Positions 38,090-50,595 of a stretch of DNA of 64,000 nucleotides are shown piece by piece. The position numbers and the translations under genes are program-made. Source of the stretch: Okamejei kenojei (Eukaryota). Location of the stretch: the NCBI GenBank assembly GCA_035221665.1, contig CM069148.1, forward strand, positions 10,540,001 to 10,604,000, given 5' to 3'. A model generated the notes under the pieces. The model did not search any database. It was given only the letters and a program-made list of their open reading frames with translations, and was not told where the DNA came from. Each line of letters starts with the position of its first letter. Positions within the stretch are counted from its first letter, which is position 1.

Positions 38090-39718
38090 GTAAGTACATT
38101 TTAACACATAATTCTAAATGTTGGGTTAGCTAATTTGAGAGGAATGTGGAGTTTTATGGGCAAACAGACAATTTATGACACAGGTGGGTTTCAAAAATAC
38201 TGTGAAGGGCATTGGCATCGGTTTTACAATTAAGCCTGATGGAGAAATAGGCAGAGTGCATATGTCAACAAGACTGTAACTGGTTCCTTCACAAAGCTGA
38301 TTTCGCAAAGAGGGAAGTGTTGTATACAGTATATTCAGAACAAAGCTTCTTTTGTGAAGGCAAGAATAAATTTAAAAAGAGTTCAATACTCGCGAATTAT
38401 ACCTATACATTTTTACAGAACAATATGGAACTTACCGTTACATAATTAACTGAAAAAAATGTAACTAGATTATAGCCAGCTAGGAAATCAAGAGTTACCG
38501 AATTCATGCAGGGTAGTGGCATTAAGATAAAAGATCAGCCAAATGGGTTTCCCCTGTTTCTATTTCTTAAAGTCCAGTCACTATTCGTATTTGAGAGTAA
38601 TATTTGAATTAACTTTTTCTTCCAGCAAACCTGGAGCAGATGGGGGTTTTGCAAGTAGGTGTTGATCTAGGAAAGAATCAGCTTCTAATTAACCACAGGA
38701 CATTCAAATATACACCATTTGCTTTCTTGGTCTAACTGGAGGGAGGCACTTTACATTTCACCTCATCTTGGCTGTGGTATAGTACACCTTGTATTGAATA
38801 TTCCATTATAAATTGCCACCAAAAGTACATACGCTTTACCCCAACTATACCCAGCATCAGGAGAAAATTATGTTGGAGTATAAACAATTGCAAAATGCTG
38901 CCGTAAGGTAACGTAGAGCCCAGTTCACTGTGACAAGTGATTGCAGATAATAGTACAGTAAAGATACTACTTTAACTAGTGGGACATTTCTTTGAAAAAT
39001 GACCGTTACAGGATCAATGTCTGTAAAACTGGTAATTTGTGAACGATTAATACAATGTTTATGGACAGTTTATGCAAGATCTATGATAATGACCTGTACA
39101 CCCAATTGGAGCACACTTCTTCATTGGTATGATGTTGAGTCACAATTCAGATAAAAAATTTAGTCTAGCATGTATCAGCATCAAAATATTCAGGTTTACA
39201 CTGTTGATTTGGAAATTAACGATTAAAATGCTATCATATTCTGAATAATGACCCAGACATGTTTTGAGTGGAGATGAGAGATGCAAACTTGATAGCTTTG
39301 AGGATGTCAGCAGTCAACCAATCTTCCAGCGACATTGATTACCCAGGGTGGCATTCGTCAGTGATCACTAGGACTGTTTCAGGCATAATTAAGATCATTT
39401 AACAACTAGGAAATTTGAGGTGAATAAAGTGAAGGTTACAATGATTCTAAGAGTGTCACCTACTTGAGTGAGGAAATCAGGACAAGTACTGTTTAAAGTG
39501 ATTTCACTGAGTGTTGAGATTACTCGATTGCTCAATCAATGAGGAAAACTGCAATGCTAGTTGGCCGCCTGAATGTATCAATATAGTTATTGATGTTAAA
39601 GTTAACCCGCATGTAAGTACCGCACATTGAATTAAAGTGTTTATGTCAATTTCATGGAAATAGGCTTCTGAACTGTATTCATTTAGCAATGATATAGTTT
39701 AACACCCTTAATTATGCT

Positions 39719-40112
39719 CAGTTTTGATCACCCTGCCAGAGGAAGGATGTTATTAAGCTGCAAAGAGAGCAGAGAAGATTTACGAGCATGTTGCCAGGAC
39801 TCGAGGGCCTGAGGTAGAGGGAAACATTGGGCAGCCTAGGACTGTATTCCTTTGAGTGCAGGAAGCTGAGGGGTGATCTCATAATGGTGTATGAAATCAT
39901 GAGAGGAATAGAAAGGGTCTGAGCTGGAATGAGCTGCTAGAGGAACTAGTTCAAGCAGGTACCACAATATTAAAAAGACACCTGGATGGGTACATGTATT
40001 GGAAACATTTAGTGAGATATGGGCAATCGCGGGAAAATGAAACTAGCTTAGATGGGGCATCTTGGTTGGCGTGGACGAGTTGGGCGAAAGGGCCTGTTTC
40101 TGCAATGTATGA
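39719..40112 (+). mobile_element. CR1-like LINE 3' fragment
   Basis: Encodes KDVIKLQREQRRFTSMLPGLEGL...LGLYSFECRKLRGDLIMVYEIMRGI, followed by a CR1 3' UTR. Confidence 0.85.
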
Positions 40113-40307
40113 CTAATTATTCATATTAATTATAAGGAATGTTTGCTATGAATAATTCAGTCTGAAGGATGTAACATACTTGTTTTCAGTTGCACAACTT
40201 GTGTTCACGTTGAATCATACCTGCTTCCATGCATCTATAATTGTATGTTTCTTTATTTTGTTAAATTTTTCTCTGCGCCGGCCTCATTGCATTGCGATCT
40301 CTATATA

Positions 40308-41919
40308 CAGTGGCTTGCAAAAGTATTCATACCCGTTGAACTTTTCCACATTTTGTCACGTTACAACCACAAACGTAAATGTATTTTATTGGGATTTTAT
40401 GTGATAGACCAACACAAAGTGGTGCATTATTGTGAAGTGGAAGGAAAATGATACATGGTTTTCAAATTCTTTTACAAATAAAAAACTGAAAAGTGTGGCA
40501 TGCAAAAGTATTCAGCCCCCTTTACTCTGATACCCCGAAATAAAATCCAGTGCAACCAATTGCCTTCAGAAGTCACCTAATTAGTAAATAGAGTCCACTT
40601 GTGTGTAATCTAATCGCAGTATAAATACAGCTGTACTGTGAAGGCCTCAGAGGTTTGTTAGAGAACATTAGTGAACATCAGCATCATAAAGCCGAAGGAA
40701 CACACCAGACAGGTTAGGGATAAAGTTGTGGAGAAGTTTAAAGCAGGGTTAGGTTATAAAAAAATATCCCAAGCTTTGAACATCTCACGGAGCACTGTTC
40801 AATCCATCATCCGAAAATGGATAGAGTATGGTACAACTGCAAACCTACCAAGACATGGCCATCCACCTAAACTGACAGGCCGGGCAAGGAGCGCATTGAT
40901 CAGAGAAGCAGCCAGAGGCCCGTGGTAACTGGAGGAGCTGCAGAGATCCACAGCTCAGGTGGAAGAATCTGTCCATAGGACAACTATTAGTCGTGCACTC
41001 CACAAATCGGGCCTTTATGGAAGAGTGGCAAGAAGAAAGCCATTGTTGAAACAAAGCCATAAGAAGTCCCGTTTGCAGTTTGCCACAAGCCATGTGGGGG
41101 ACCCAGCAAACATGTGGAGGAAGGTGCTCTGGTCTGATGAGACCAAAATTGAAGTTTTTGGCCTAAATGCAAAATGCTATGTGTGGCGGAAAACTAACAC
41201 TGCACATCACCCTGAACACACCATCCCCACTGTGAAACATGGTGGTGGCAGCATCATGCTGCGGGGATGCTTTTCTTCAGCAGGGACAGGGAAGCTGGTC
41301 AGAGTTGATGGGAAGATGGATGGAGCCAAATACAGGGCAATCTTGGAAGAAAACCTGTTAGAGTCTGCAAAAGACTTGAGACTGGGGCGGAGGTTCACCT
41401 TCCAGCAGGACAACGATCTAAACATACAGCCAGAGCTACAATGGAATGGTTTAGATCAAAGCATATTCATGTGTTGGAATGGCCCAGTCAAAGTCCAGAC
41501 CTAAATCCAATTGAGAATCTCTGGCAAGACTTGAAAATTGCTGTTCACAGACGCTCTCCATCCAATCTGACTGAGCTTGAGCTATTTTTCAAAGAAGAAT
41601 GGGCAAAAATTTCAGTCTCTAGATGTGCAAAGCTGGTAGAGACATACCCCAAAAGACTTGCAGCTGTAATTGCAGCGAAAGGTGGTTCTACAAAGTATTA
41701 ACTCAGGGGGGCTGAATACTCTTGCACGCCACACTTTTCAGTTTTTTATTTGTAATAAAATTTGGAAACCATGTATCATTTTCCTTCCACTTCACAATTA
41801 TGCACCACTTTGTGTTGGTCTATCACATACAATCCCAATAAAATACATTTACATTTGTGGTTGTAACGTGACAAAATGTGGAAAAGTTCAAGGGGTATGA
41901 ATACTTTTGCAAGCCACTG
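40308..41919 (+). mobile_element. Tc1-family (DD34E) DNA transposon, full-length, IR/DR-type TIRs
   Basis: TA TSD (40306-07, 41920-21). ~213-bp TIRs CAGTGGCTTGCAAAAGTATTCA... (40308-40520, 41707-41919), each carrying inner and outer TGCAAAAGTATTCA-like direct repeats. Confidence 0.97.
40686..41701 (+). pseudogene. Tc1 transposase, frameshifted (start codon ATA, two frameshifts)
   Basis: Paired-like HTH GYKKISQALNISRSTVQSII, ARRKPLL, WSDETK, FQQDND and [11 protein letters not shown] are split across ORFs 40671, 40959 and 41441. Confidence 0.95.
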
Positions 41920-43194
41920 TACATACACACCGTGCAGACCATTTTGTACTCATTAATCTGTAAAGATGAAAACAAATATACTGCACTTGCTCTAAATCTA
42001 AAATAAAAACAAATGCTGGAAGCATTTTCCATTTGTGAAAAGCAAAGATTTTATGTAACATGTCACTGACCTTACATCATAACTGGGAGAAGATTGAAAT
42101 TTAGTTTGAAATGCTTCTGACCTGCTGATTATTTCAGAATTTTCTACTTTTTAACACTTAAGGTTGGTTTGCTTTAAATTTGCCAGTTACTGTAGATTGT
42201 GGTATCATTTTGGCAGCTGAGTTATTTGAGTGATTAGTCTGCCCTTTTCCATGTGGCTGCTGTAATATTATCATTAACATGCAAATGGACACCGCTGCAA
42301 CACGGCACAGCCAGATTAAATGACATTGGAGGATGTTTTTCTGCTGGTTTATTGAGTACACAAAGACATAACGTGAAACATAACCAAACTATTGCAGATT
42401 ATTGTTCCTTTTAAATGCTAGAACATGCTACTGTGTTGATTCGTTTGATAAAGGCCTTCCATCCCTGCAACACATTACATAATTTATTATTAACCTATTT
42501 TCCCCCTTATCCTCTCCTGTTTAAATACTAACTCGCATATTGACGTATTGGCTGCCAAACTCAAATGTGTAACAATGGTACTTAAATATTAATTCCCCAT
42601 CTCCTTTGTCTCCCTTTTTACCTTGTACATAATGAGATTTAAATCTAGTCATCGGTAATGTTTTACTGTCAGTCTGTGGTATTGCATTTGTTTTGAGATG
42701 TCTGCCCAGAGTTTTTCTGTTCACAATGTTTATTTATTATTCTCTGTTATCATCAGAGAGTTCTTATTATTTCCTTTTAAATCAGCATTGGCCACTTTGT
42801 CTCTCCATGGAAGTGCCTCCTACACTTTCATAAAAATTCTGAATGTTTTACTATCTGTTTATAACCAGGGCCTTAGGAGACTGCATGCTTTATTAATTCA
42901 CTTCCGTGGTAATTCAATATGGGTCTCACCTAGGTTAAAATAATAAAATCAGATCTTTGTACAAAACCTGTTGTGAGAATGTGGCTTTAATCTCAATTTC
43001 GTTTTTTACATCCACAGAATCTTACAGTACACTCAGGCTTTTGTTTCTATGCCAATTGTCTTTAAAAATCATGCAATAATTCACACTTGACTGCTTTATT
43101 TATCATCTCCCACTTTATAGCTTTGTCAACTATTTGAGATGTGTTTTCAGATTAGACTGATATCGAAGTAGAAGGCATCTCCCTTGCATCCATG

Positions 43195-44045
43195 GAGACA
43201 CAAGGAACTGCAGATGCTGTTTTACAAAAAAATGACACGCTGGAGTGATTCAGTGGGTCATGTCATCTCTGGAGAATATGGATAGATGATGTTTTTCGTT
43301 GGGACTATTCCTCAGACTGATTGTGGGGGAGGGGAAAAAGTTGGAGGAAAGATAGGGGCAGGATAGTGATAGGCGGACAAAACCGGGCAAGTGATAAGTC
43401 TGAAGAAGGGTCCCGACCTGAGACGTCACCTATCCATTTTCTCCAGAGGCTGCCTGACCCACTGAGTTACTCCAGAATTTTATGTCCATTTTAAGTGATA
43501 GGTGGATACATGTGAGGATTTTTTGGATATGTAGATGGTAAGACAAAGGCCAGAGCTGAAGACCCAAATGTGTGAGATAGGGATAGAAGTATGAATTATG
43601 AATGCAGAGGAATGTAGGTGGAAGCAGACAGGGGAAGGGTAAAAATGGGAGTGAATCCACATGGGATGCAGAGAAGGGGGTTGTTAGTAGGTTTGTTACC
43701 TGAAATTCAGATCATATTGTTAGGTTGTAAGTTACCCAAACGGAATAAGGAGTGTTTTTTTCCCATTTCGTGTGTGGCCTCATTCTGGCAATGGAGAAGG
43801 CCCAGGACAGAAAAGTCAGTATGGGAATGGGAAGAGTAGTTAAAATGGTTAGTAACTGGGAGAGGCAACAGCTCTTGGCATATCGAGAGTAGGTGGTAAT
43901 TGAAACGGTCTGGTCTACGCTTGGTCTCATTGAGTTACTCGAGAACTTTGTATCTATCTTAGGTGTCAGTCGACCGAGATCCAGAAAGTGGAGAGGTGTC
44001 ACAAAGTCAAAGTGAATTTGAGGGCAGGGCAGAAGTTGGTGGTGA
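43195..44045 (-). mobile_element. Penelope-like element remnant (GIY-YIG C-terminus + inverted terminal-repeat pieces with hammerhead motif)
   Basis: The - strand near 43715-43830 encodes HSHTDFSVLGLLHCQNEAT...LFRLGNLQPNNM. Repeat copies in opposite orientation lie at 43195-43320 and 43398-43490 (CTGAAGAAGGGTCCCGACCTGAGACGTC). Confidence 0.78.
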
Positions 44046-45212
44046 AGTTAATGAAATCACTCAACGAGCAGTTGAGTTCCCCCAACAGTTCTTGCTCATG
44101 TTGTTCCCCCCCCCCCCCCCATACGAAGCAACTTAACCCACCCGTTTTACTGGGGGGGGGGGGGGGGGGGGGGGGAAATTGGGGGTTGCTAAATTGACAA
44201 CCTGTAACATTCCTACTTCCTGGCATAACACAAACTGTATCGTTAGCACACGCATTTATTTCAATTGAAAGGATTGGCTCGGAGGTGGGTTAATTTTGGA
44301 TGTTATGTTTTTAAATTATCAGGTGGAGCTAGTTTTGTTTGTGAATACACAAAGTGTAAACTGTTGACCTCCTTAAGCCTATTGTTAATATTAGAATAAT
44401 GTATCCTGACTGGAGTAAAAAACCAACAAAATTATTAGAGGTGAGGTCTGAACGGAATAATTTCCTTCAGATCATGGACAATAGTGTTGAAAATGCAGAC
44501 ACAATTCTGTCAATATGAAAACATTTATTCTGGAAGGTGGAAGAGTCAGGACTCCATGTAGAATTAAATTGTTTATTATTTGATTGTGTAAAATTTTAGT
44601 ATTCAACATGGAACAATTCTCATTACAGATATGCATTTTCCATACATGGTGCTTGCTTTAAAATCAACCATTGTTGTTTTACTGGATTATAAAACAACCA
44701 AGGCTTTAGACATGTAGTAACCTAAGATTGGACCATATTCATATCTGGACCAAGTCAATCCACAGGACATCCACACAAGGAAAAGTTATGTCTGGCTGGG
44801 ATATCATGAGGAATTTATTTTGATGTTCATCAATTTACAGTAAAAAGTTAAATTTAAGAGTGCTCAAATGCTATTTCTTCTTGTACAAGCCAGATCTACT
44901 ACGTCTCAGGTGAATGGTGCCAGCTCCAGCCAAATTTAGCCCTTTAATTATCAATTTCTCACGTGGGAGAAGCCAGCATCTCCCATTTCTCACGATCATG
45001 TGGAATCTTTGGACAGGCTTGAATGGCAGGCCAGAGTTTGTTGATTTTAAATAATGGCCAGGTTCATAATTTGAGGGCACACTGCCTTGCCTGCCTTCAA
45101 ATGATTTGTAAAGAGCAGGTTAAGTTTTGAATGATTAGTGCAACTATTTAAATTAAGGCATTTGTAACAACTGGCTCTTAGCTATTTACATAATAAAACT
45201 TGTTGCCTTTAG

Positions 45213-45497
45213 GAGAAACACAGCTCACTTTCAAGTGAAAGTTTCAAGATGCCTTGCCTGCCTGCCTTCATGAATAATAAGCAGCCTACCGAATATTGCT
45301 CCCAAGTGCCAGAAATAGCCACGTCCACTACCCAAAATCTAATGTTTGAGGATGAATGTGATAATCAATATTCCACCATGAAAGGACAAATAGATAAAAT
45401 CGAGAGGTTTCTGTGTGTGGACCGACTCAAGCAAACACGAAAAAGGAAAGCTGCTGACAACACAAATGAGGGGATAATTAAGACCACACCAACTTAG
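45213..45497 (+). CDS. CCDC73: CCDC73 terminal coding exon
   Basis: cctttag|GAG...TAG. The C-terminal MKGQIDKIERFLCVDRLKQTRKRKA resembles human [25 protein letters not shown]. Confidence 0.9.
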   Translation, partial: EKHSSLSSESFKMPCLPAFMNNKQPTEYCSQVPEIATSTTQNLMFEDECDNQYSTMKGQIDKIERFLCVDRLKQTRKRKAADNTNEGIIKTTPT

Positions 45498-45772
45498 TCT
45501 AATTTTTACTTGTGTACAATTTCATTGTTTTTTTATTGAGGTTCAACTAATTATGGGAGCCACAGCATTGGAAGTTGCTTTATCAGTGAAGTTACTTGCG
45601 GTGGTTACCAAGTTCAAATGTAAATTAGACTTCAATTACACAATATTGACAATGAACAAACATTGTTTTATTTGGTACTTGAAAGTTACAAATCATTCCC
45701 ATAAATAGTAGGATATTTACTGGAAAATATTGTTGCAGTTGTCAAAATTGAATGTTTATAAGTTTTTGGTCT

Positions 45773-45893
45773 TCACGCAGTGGAAAGGCTGAGTAGGCTG
45801 TTCCGGACCTGGTTCAAGTTCTGTTTCCAGGAGTTCAGACTATCATACAACTGCTGCCACTGCTGTTTCCCAAAGGTTCTGTGTGTGGTGTGA
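45773..45893 (-). CDS. EIF3M: EIF3M terminal coding exon
   Basis: 121 bp, (S)HTTHRTFGKQQWQQLYDSLNSWKQNLNQVRNSLLSLSTA*. AG acceptor at 45894-95. Confidence 0.97.
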
Positions 45894-46615
45894 CTAGAAC
45901 GAGAAATGGAATGAATAGTTAGTGACACTGTGGGATTACTTACAGAGCACAGTCAAGCGATTTGTTTAGTGATACATACATTCAGTTAACTTGCAATTAA
46001 GCTAGTCAAAGGGTCTGTCATAGCAAGGAACTACTGCATTTCTCTAGAGCCAATGGTTACAGGGTCTGGCAGTCAATGAAGATGCAAGGGTATTTTCTCC
46101 CTAGAAAGGTCACAAAGATCAGTATTTTCCCCACTTTGTTCTCCAAATTAACATGTGTTCAGCTTACAGCTACTTGCAGCCCTGCTGTGCCTGTAATGGT
46201 TGCTTTATTTCTGACAACTTTTGGAACTTTTAGGAGCTGCATGTGTCAAATCGCAGACAGTGCAAATAAAGGACAGAAATCAGATATGGTAGTAAACAAA
46301 ATATTAGTTCAAATACTACGCAAATGAACAGCGGTGTTCATTTTTCAGAGTGAGCTTAGTTTTGCATAAAGTTTGAACATTTTTATCCAGATTTGGCTAC
46401 CTTCACATCACATGATAAACAGCAGACGTGGCCATGAAATGCAGTGATCGTGGTGCAAGCACGTTATTGTGGTATTGGAACAAAGTAATGTGATGTTACA
46501 TAACCAAAGTCTAAGGTTATTAATATGTAACTTCAGCAAACCATTTCCATTTATACAGCTGTGACTAGGTAACTGTTTATCTTGACAATTTGAGTTTTGA
46601 ATAAAGTGAACTTAC

Positions 46616-46676
46616 CTGACAATTACTTTGCGTTGTGTTTGATCAATTTTGCAGTAAACCATCTTCGTTCGAACAG
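46616..46676 (-). CDS. EIF3M: EIF3M coding exon
   Basis: 61 bp, (A)VRTKMVYCKIDQTQRKVIV(S). AG/GTAAG sites. Confidence 0.97.
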
Positions 46677-46879
46677 CTGTAAAAATCCAATATTTTTTAA
46701 AAATATAGAATTTAGAACTACTGAAAATGCACAACTTAGTTATTTTTATAATATACCTTGGATTTTGAAGTATTAAACAGAAAAGACAAAAGCAATTTAA
46801 CTGTGCTATGATGACTAATATTGTTTATTTTTTAATCTAGCCTTTTAAAGTTTTAAAATAATTATTCTCTTATCTTGCG

Positions 46880-47110
46880 CATGGATAAGATGAATAGCCA
46901 GACTCTTTTCTCCAGGTTAGGGGAGTGAAAATCTAGAGCATAGGATTAAGGTGAGAAGGAAAGGACTTAAAAGGAACGCGAGGGAAAACTGTCCACATAG
47001 AGAGTAGAATATACATGGAACAAGCTGGCAGATGAAGTGGTAGAGATGGTTACAATTATGACATTTAAACATTTAAAAAGGCACCTAGGAAAATATTGCA
47101 GCAATATGGG
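46880..47110 (+). mobile_element. Degenerate CR1-like LINE 3' fragment
   Basis: TAGAGCATAGGATTAAGGTGAGAAGGAAAGGACTTAAAAGGAAC..., similar to other CR1 ends. Boundaries approximate. Confidence 0.65.
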
Positions 47111-47829
47111 TCAGACACAAGCAAGATTAGTTTAAAATATACCAAATGCAATTTCTTGTGCTGTTGGGAAAGGTGCTGAGGGGCAAATTCTCATAATCTA
47201 GCCTGCAAATGTGGATTAAAATGTGTTCTAATGATCTATTTTTGAAAAGCGTTAAGATGAGCATTAAAGCTTTAACTATAGTAAATCTTAAAAAGCAAAG
47301 TTATGTAATACTTAGCCAATATTAATAAATATAGGAGGTTGAATTGAGACAACACAACAAATGAGATGAATAATTATATAAAATATCTTGTCTGCTTCTT
47401 AAAAGCATTGTCCATTTTTGAAACCAACTTTTTCAAAACATCCTGAACTTGTAATGTCATAAAAACAACTGAATAAAGCCTACCGCTCGTTCACACAAAA
47501 GAAAAAAAGTTCAAAGCATTCAACAGGTCTGCACAAGGAAGCACATTTAGATGATTTTAAATTCATGGATTGTAATGTATTTTTCTTACAACATGTCATT
47601 ACCAAGTGTCAAGTCAATGCCATCAATTGAACAAAAGTAAATTTGACATCAAGGAGACAAGAATCTGCAAATATTATACCACCACCTCCTTTGTTTGAAT
47701 ATCCTACTTGAAGTTCATAATATAAATGCAAGGGGAATCAATATGTTAAGAAAAACAGGAGAGCTCGAATGGAGCCTAAATCTCAGCTGAATAATTTGTT
47801 TATTTGCCATGCTTGCTTTGCAATTGTCG

Positions 47830-48500
47830 GTTGGGGGCACTGCACGTTGGCTGCCTTCCCAGCAGCGTGTTCGTTATTTCGACCTTTTTTTCTCTTTCTT
47901 TTTAGTATGTCCAAATGTTTGTTTTAGTGTCTCTCAGTATGTCTTATGTGGGGGGTGGTCGAAGGGGAAAAGGGGGAAACCGATTTTCAGACGCTTCCTC
48001 GACAGAGGTGACTTTTTCCATGTTGCTTCTCCGCCTCCCCTCTCGCGGCCTAACAGCTTAGATTGGAGCGGTCTTTCCCAGAGTTGGGCCCAGAGCTTCA
48101 GCAGCGGGCGCAGCATGGACTTTTCTATCACGGAGCGGGGGTGAACCCTTGCTGGGGGTAGCCAGAAAGGAGAACTCTGATCTCCAAGAAAGTGGCCGAT
48201 TCGGGCACTCCAAGCCACGGAGTATGTTCGACCATTCTCACGGCAAGAGTTTTGATCATCCTGACGAGATGGCCTGTACATAGCGGCCACTACGGTGGGT
48301 TTATGGCCCCAACCGCGGATGAACAAAGGAGGACGGCTGACTGAACTTTGTTGCCTTCCACCACAGTGAAGAATGCTGTGGTGGATATTTATATTAAATT
48401 CTATTGTGTATTGTGTTTTTTTTCAACTGTATCGCTGCATGGAAAACTCATTTCACTGCACCTTAGTTGGTGCATGTGATGAATAAATTTGACTTTGAAT
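47830..48500 (+). mobile_element. GC-rich non-autonomous retroelement (copy B)
   Basis: Same order of modules as copy A: T-rich tract, G-rich tract, CpG-rich body, GCCTTCC-hairpin, AATAAA, (TTTGAC)-like tail. Confidence 0.68.
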
Positions 48501-49007
48501 GCAATGAACAAATTTAAGAGCTGTTCTAACTTTCTCCCAAAATGTTACCAGACAAATTTTTAAAACACAATGGGCAAATGGCTTGAATTCGAATGGGAAA
48601 ATAAGTAGGTATGGACATGGTGGGCTGAAGGGCCCACTTTTCTGCTGTACGACACTTAAAAATAAGAGATGAGGAATGTACAGACAGACGTTCAGCCCAG
48701 AAGCATTTGTGGACAATTATTAATGTTGATTCAGATTTGATATGCCCAAAAACAAATCACTTCTTAATTTATACTCCCTTCCAAATAGCCCAGAGATGAA
48801 AGGAGAAGCCAACTCAATCAAAAACAAAATAGCTTGACTGCAGAATCAAAAGTGGAGCACATCAAGGAATGAGAAAGTCAATAAAAAAGTTTATTCAACT
48901 ACCGCTCAATAGTGAAGGAGCAACAAAGTAATAACTGGTATACTGTATTTAAATTACTCGTTTATTTGATATGCACACATTGCTGGTAACTTGTTGGCTT
49001 TGCTTAC

Positions 49008-49151
49008 CATCAATAACAAATGCTTCAACTTCTTCCTCAGCAATCTGCAGTTCTTGTTGTAATGTGTCAAAGGAAATCTCCTTGTTTTCTACTGCCATTC
49101 CCATCAAGGTTAAGAGCCTCATCTTTGCAGTGTTCTGTTCATGAGAGAGTC
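49008..49151 (-). CDS. EIF3M: EIF3M coding exon (PCI domain)
   Basis: 144 bp, (G)LSHEQNTAKMRLLTLMGMAVENKEISFDTLQQELQIAEEEVEAFVID. CAG/GTAAG sites. Confidence 0.97.
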
Positions 49152-50325
49152 CTGCAGACAAAGATCAATTCAACCATTGGTCCACTGCCACAACATTTTT
49201 TAACGTGCAGTTTCCTTCGTGCATTAAATCGGTGACCTTAAATGAACAATTTCTGCTCAAATTATTACCACAAAGTTCCACATCACACAAACGCATGTTA
49301 ATTACTGTCTTTTAATAGATCAAGGTTAAAGAAAACACATGCCTATATTAGTACAACACGAATTAAAATCCAGAATGGTTTTGGACAAACTCCATAAAAT
49401 GGGATGATTGAAGGGCAATATCATAAAACTTTCTTCACAGAACAGAAAGCAAATCTTGCACATCAAGCCTTGAATAATGTTACAACCAGTCTTTAGAATT
49501 TAATTAAGTGTCTCGTGAAATGAAGCATTAATGGCACAGTATAGTGAAAAACATAACTCATTTGAATGAGGTACGCTAGGGCAAAACTATAGCTATCGCA
49601 ACAATGCAAAATTACACACGGGGAAAAAAAATCAATTAACGCACAATATCCCTAATTAACAAATGCAAATGAGATTGTGGTGAACTTTAAGTAGCGTGTT
49701 GGTGATGAGCCTAGGTTTATTGAAAGGGTACATGTGTTAGGGCAAAACAGTTGACAAAAGATTGTTGCTTTTGGCCTATCTTGTCAACATTTAATAAAGG
49801 CAAATTATGAGCAGGAATCATGCCATCTGTTGGATATAGCTTGCAAAATTTCAAATGATGCCTCCAATACTCCCCTGTTCTATTAATATTAATATTAAAT
49901 AACCCTTTAATTGCAAGAAGTACATGCTGCAAAGTACCAATTCAGAACTGTAAATCTTGGTTTGTACCTGTTTATATATAATATCAGAATTAACTGCTCT
50001 GCAGAATACTAAACACTGTCAGCCTCACATCAGCAGATTAGTGAAGAAAATGGCATCCTTCCCAACTAGCTCCTGGTCATCAGCCTCATTGACTTGTGAA
50101 CTACCACCACTGGAACACCATGTAAATGTTTAAAATATTAAACAAACAAAACTACCCTTACAGAGAAGGCAGGTGGACAAATTCGCTTCATCCTGTTTTC
50201 AATTACTCTCCCCAGAACATCTCACCTGTTGTTCCATTCCACAGCATGTCATATTCCTGATGATGGGTGACTGTTTCTGCCTTTATTCTTCCTGTCACTG
50301 AAAAACTTTCATTGCTGCTATTTAC

Positions 50326-50595
50326 TTTAAGCTTTAGAGATACAGCACGGAAACAGGCCCTTCAGCCCATCGAGTCTGCACCAATCAGCGATCATCCTGG
50401 TATCTCACACACTAGGGGCAATTTACAGAAGCCGATTAACCTACAAACATTACGTCCTTGGATTGTGGGTGGAAACTGGAGCACATGGAGAAAACTCACA
50501 CTGTCACAGGGAGAACGTACAAACTCTGTACAGACAGCACCCGTAGTCAGGATCAAACCCAGGTCTCTGGCAGCAACTTTACCACTGTGCCACCC
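50326..50595 (-). mobile_element. HE1-type V-SINE
   Basis: Reverse complement of the V-domain (GGGAGAACGTACAAACTC, ATTAACCTACAAAC) plus a CR1-like tail. Confidence 0.8.

Noticed and set aside
40180-42032. Duplicated peptide YSGLQKYSYPLNF... in ORFs 40180 (+) and 41823 (-)
   Set aside because: Artefact of translating the two Tc1 TIRs.
44105-44176. C-run/G-run pair and other poly-G/C tracts (14986-15013, 56967-56986)
   Set aside because: Simple homopolymers within decayed repeats. Lengths are unreliable and there is no evidence of function.
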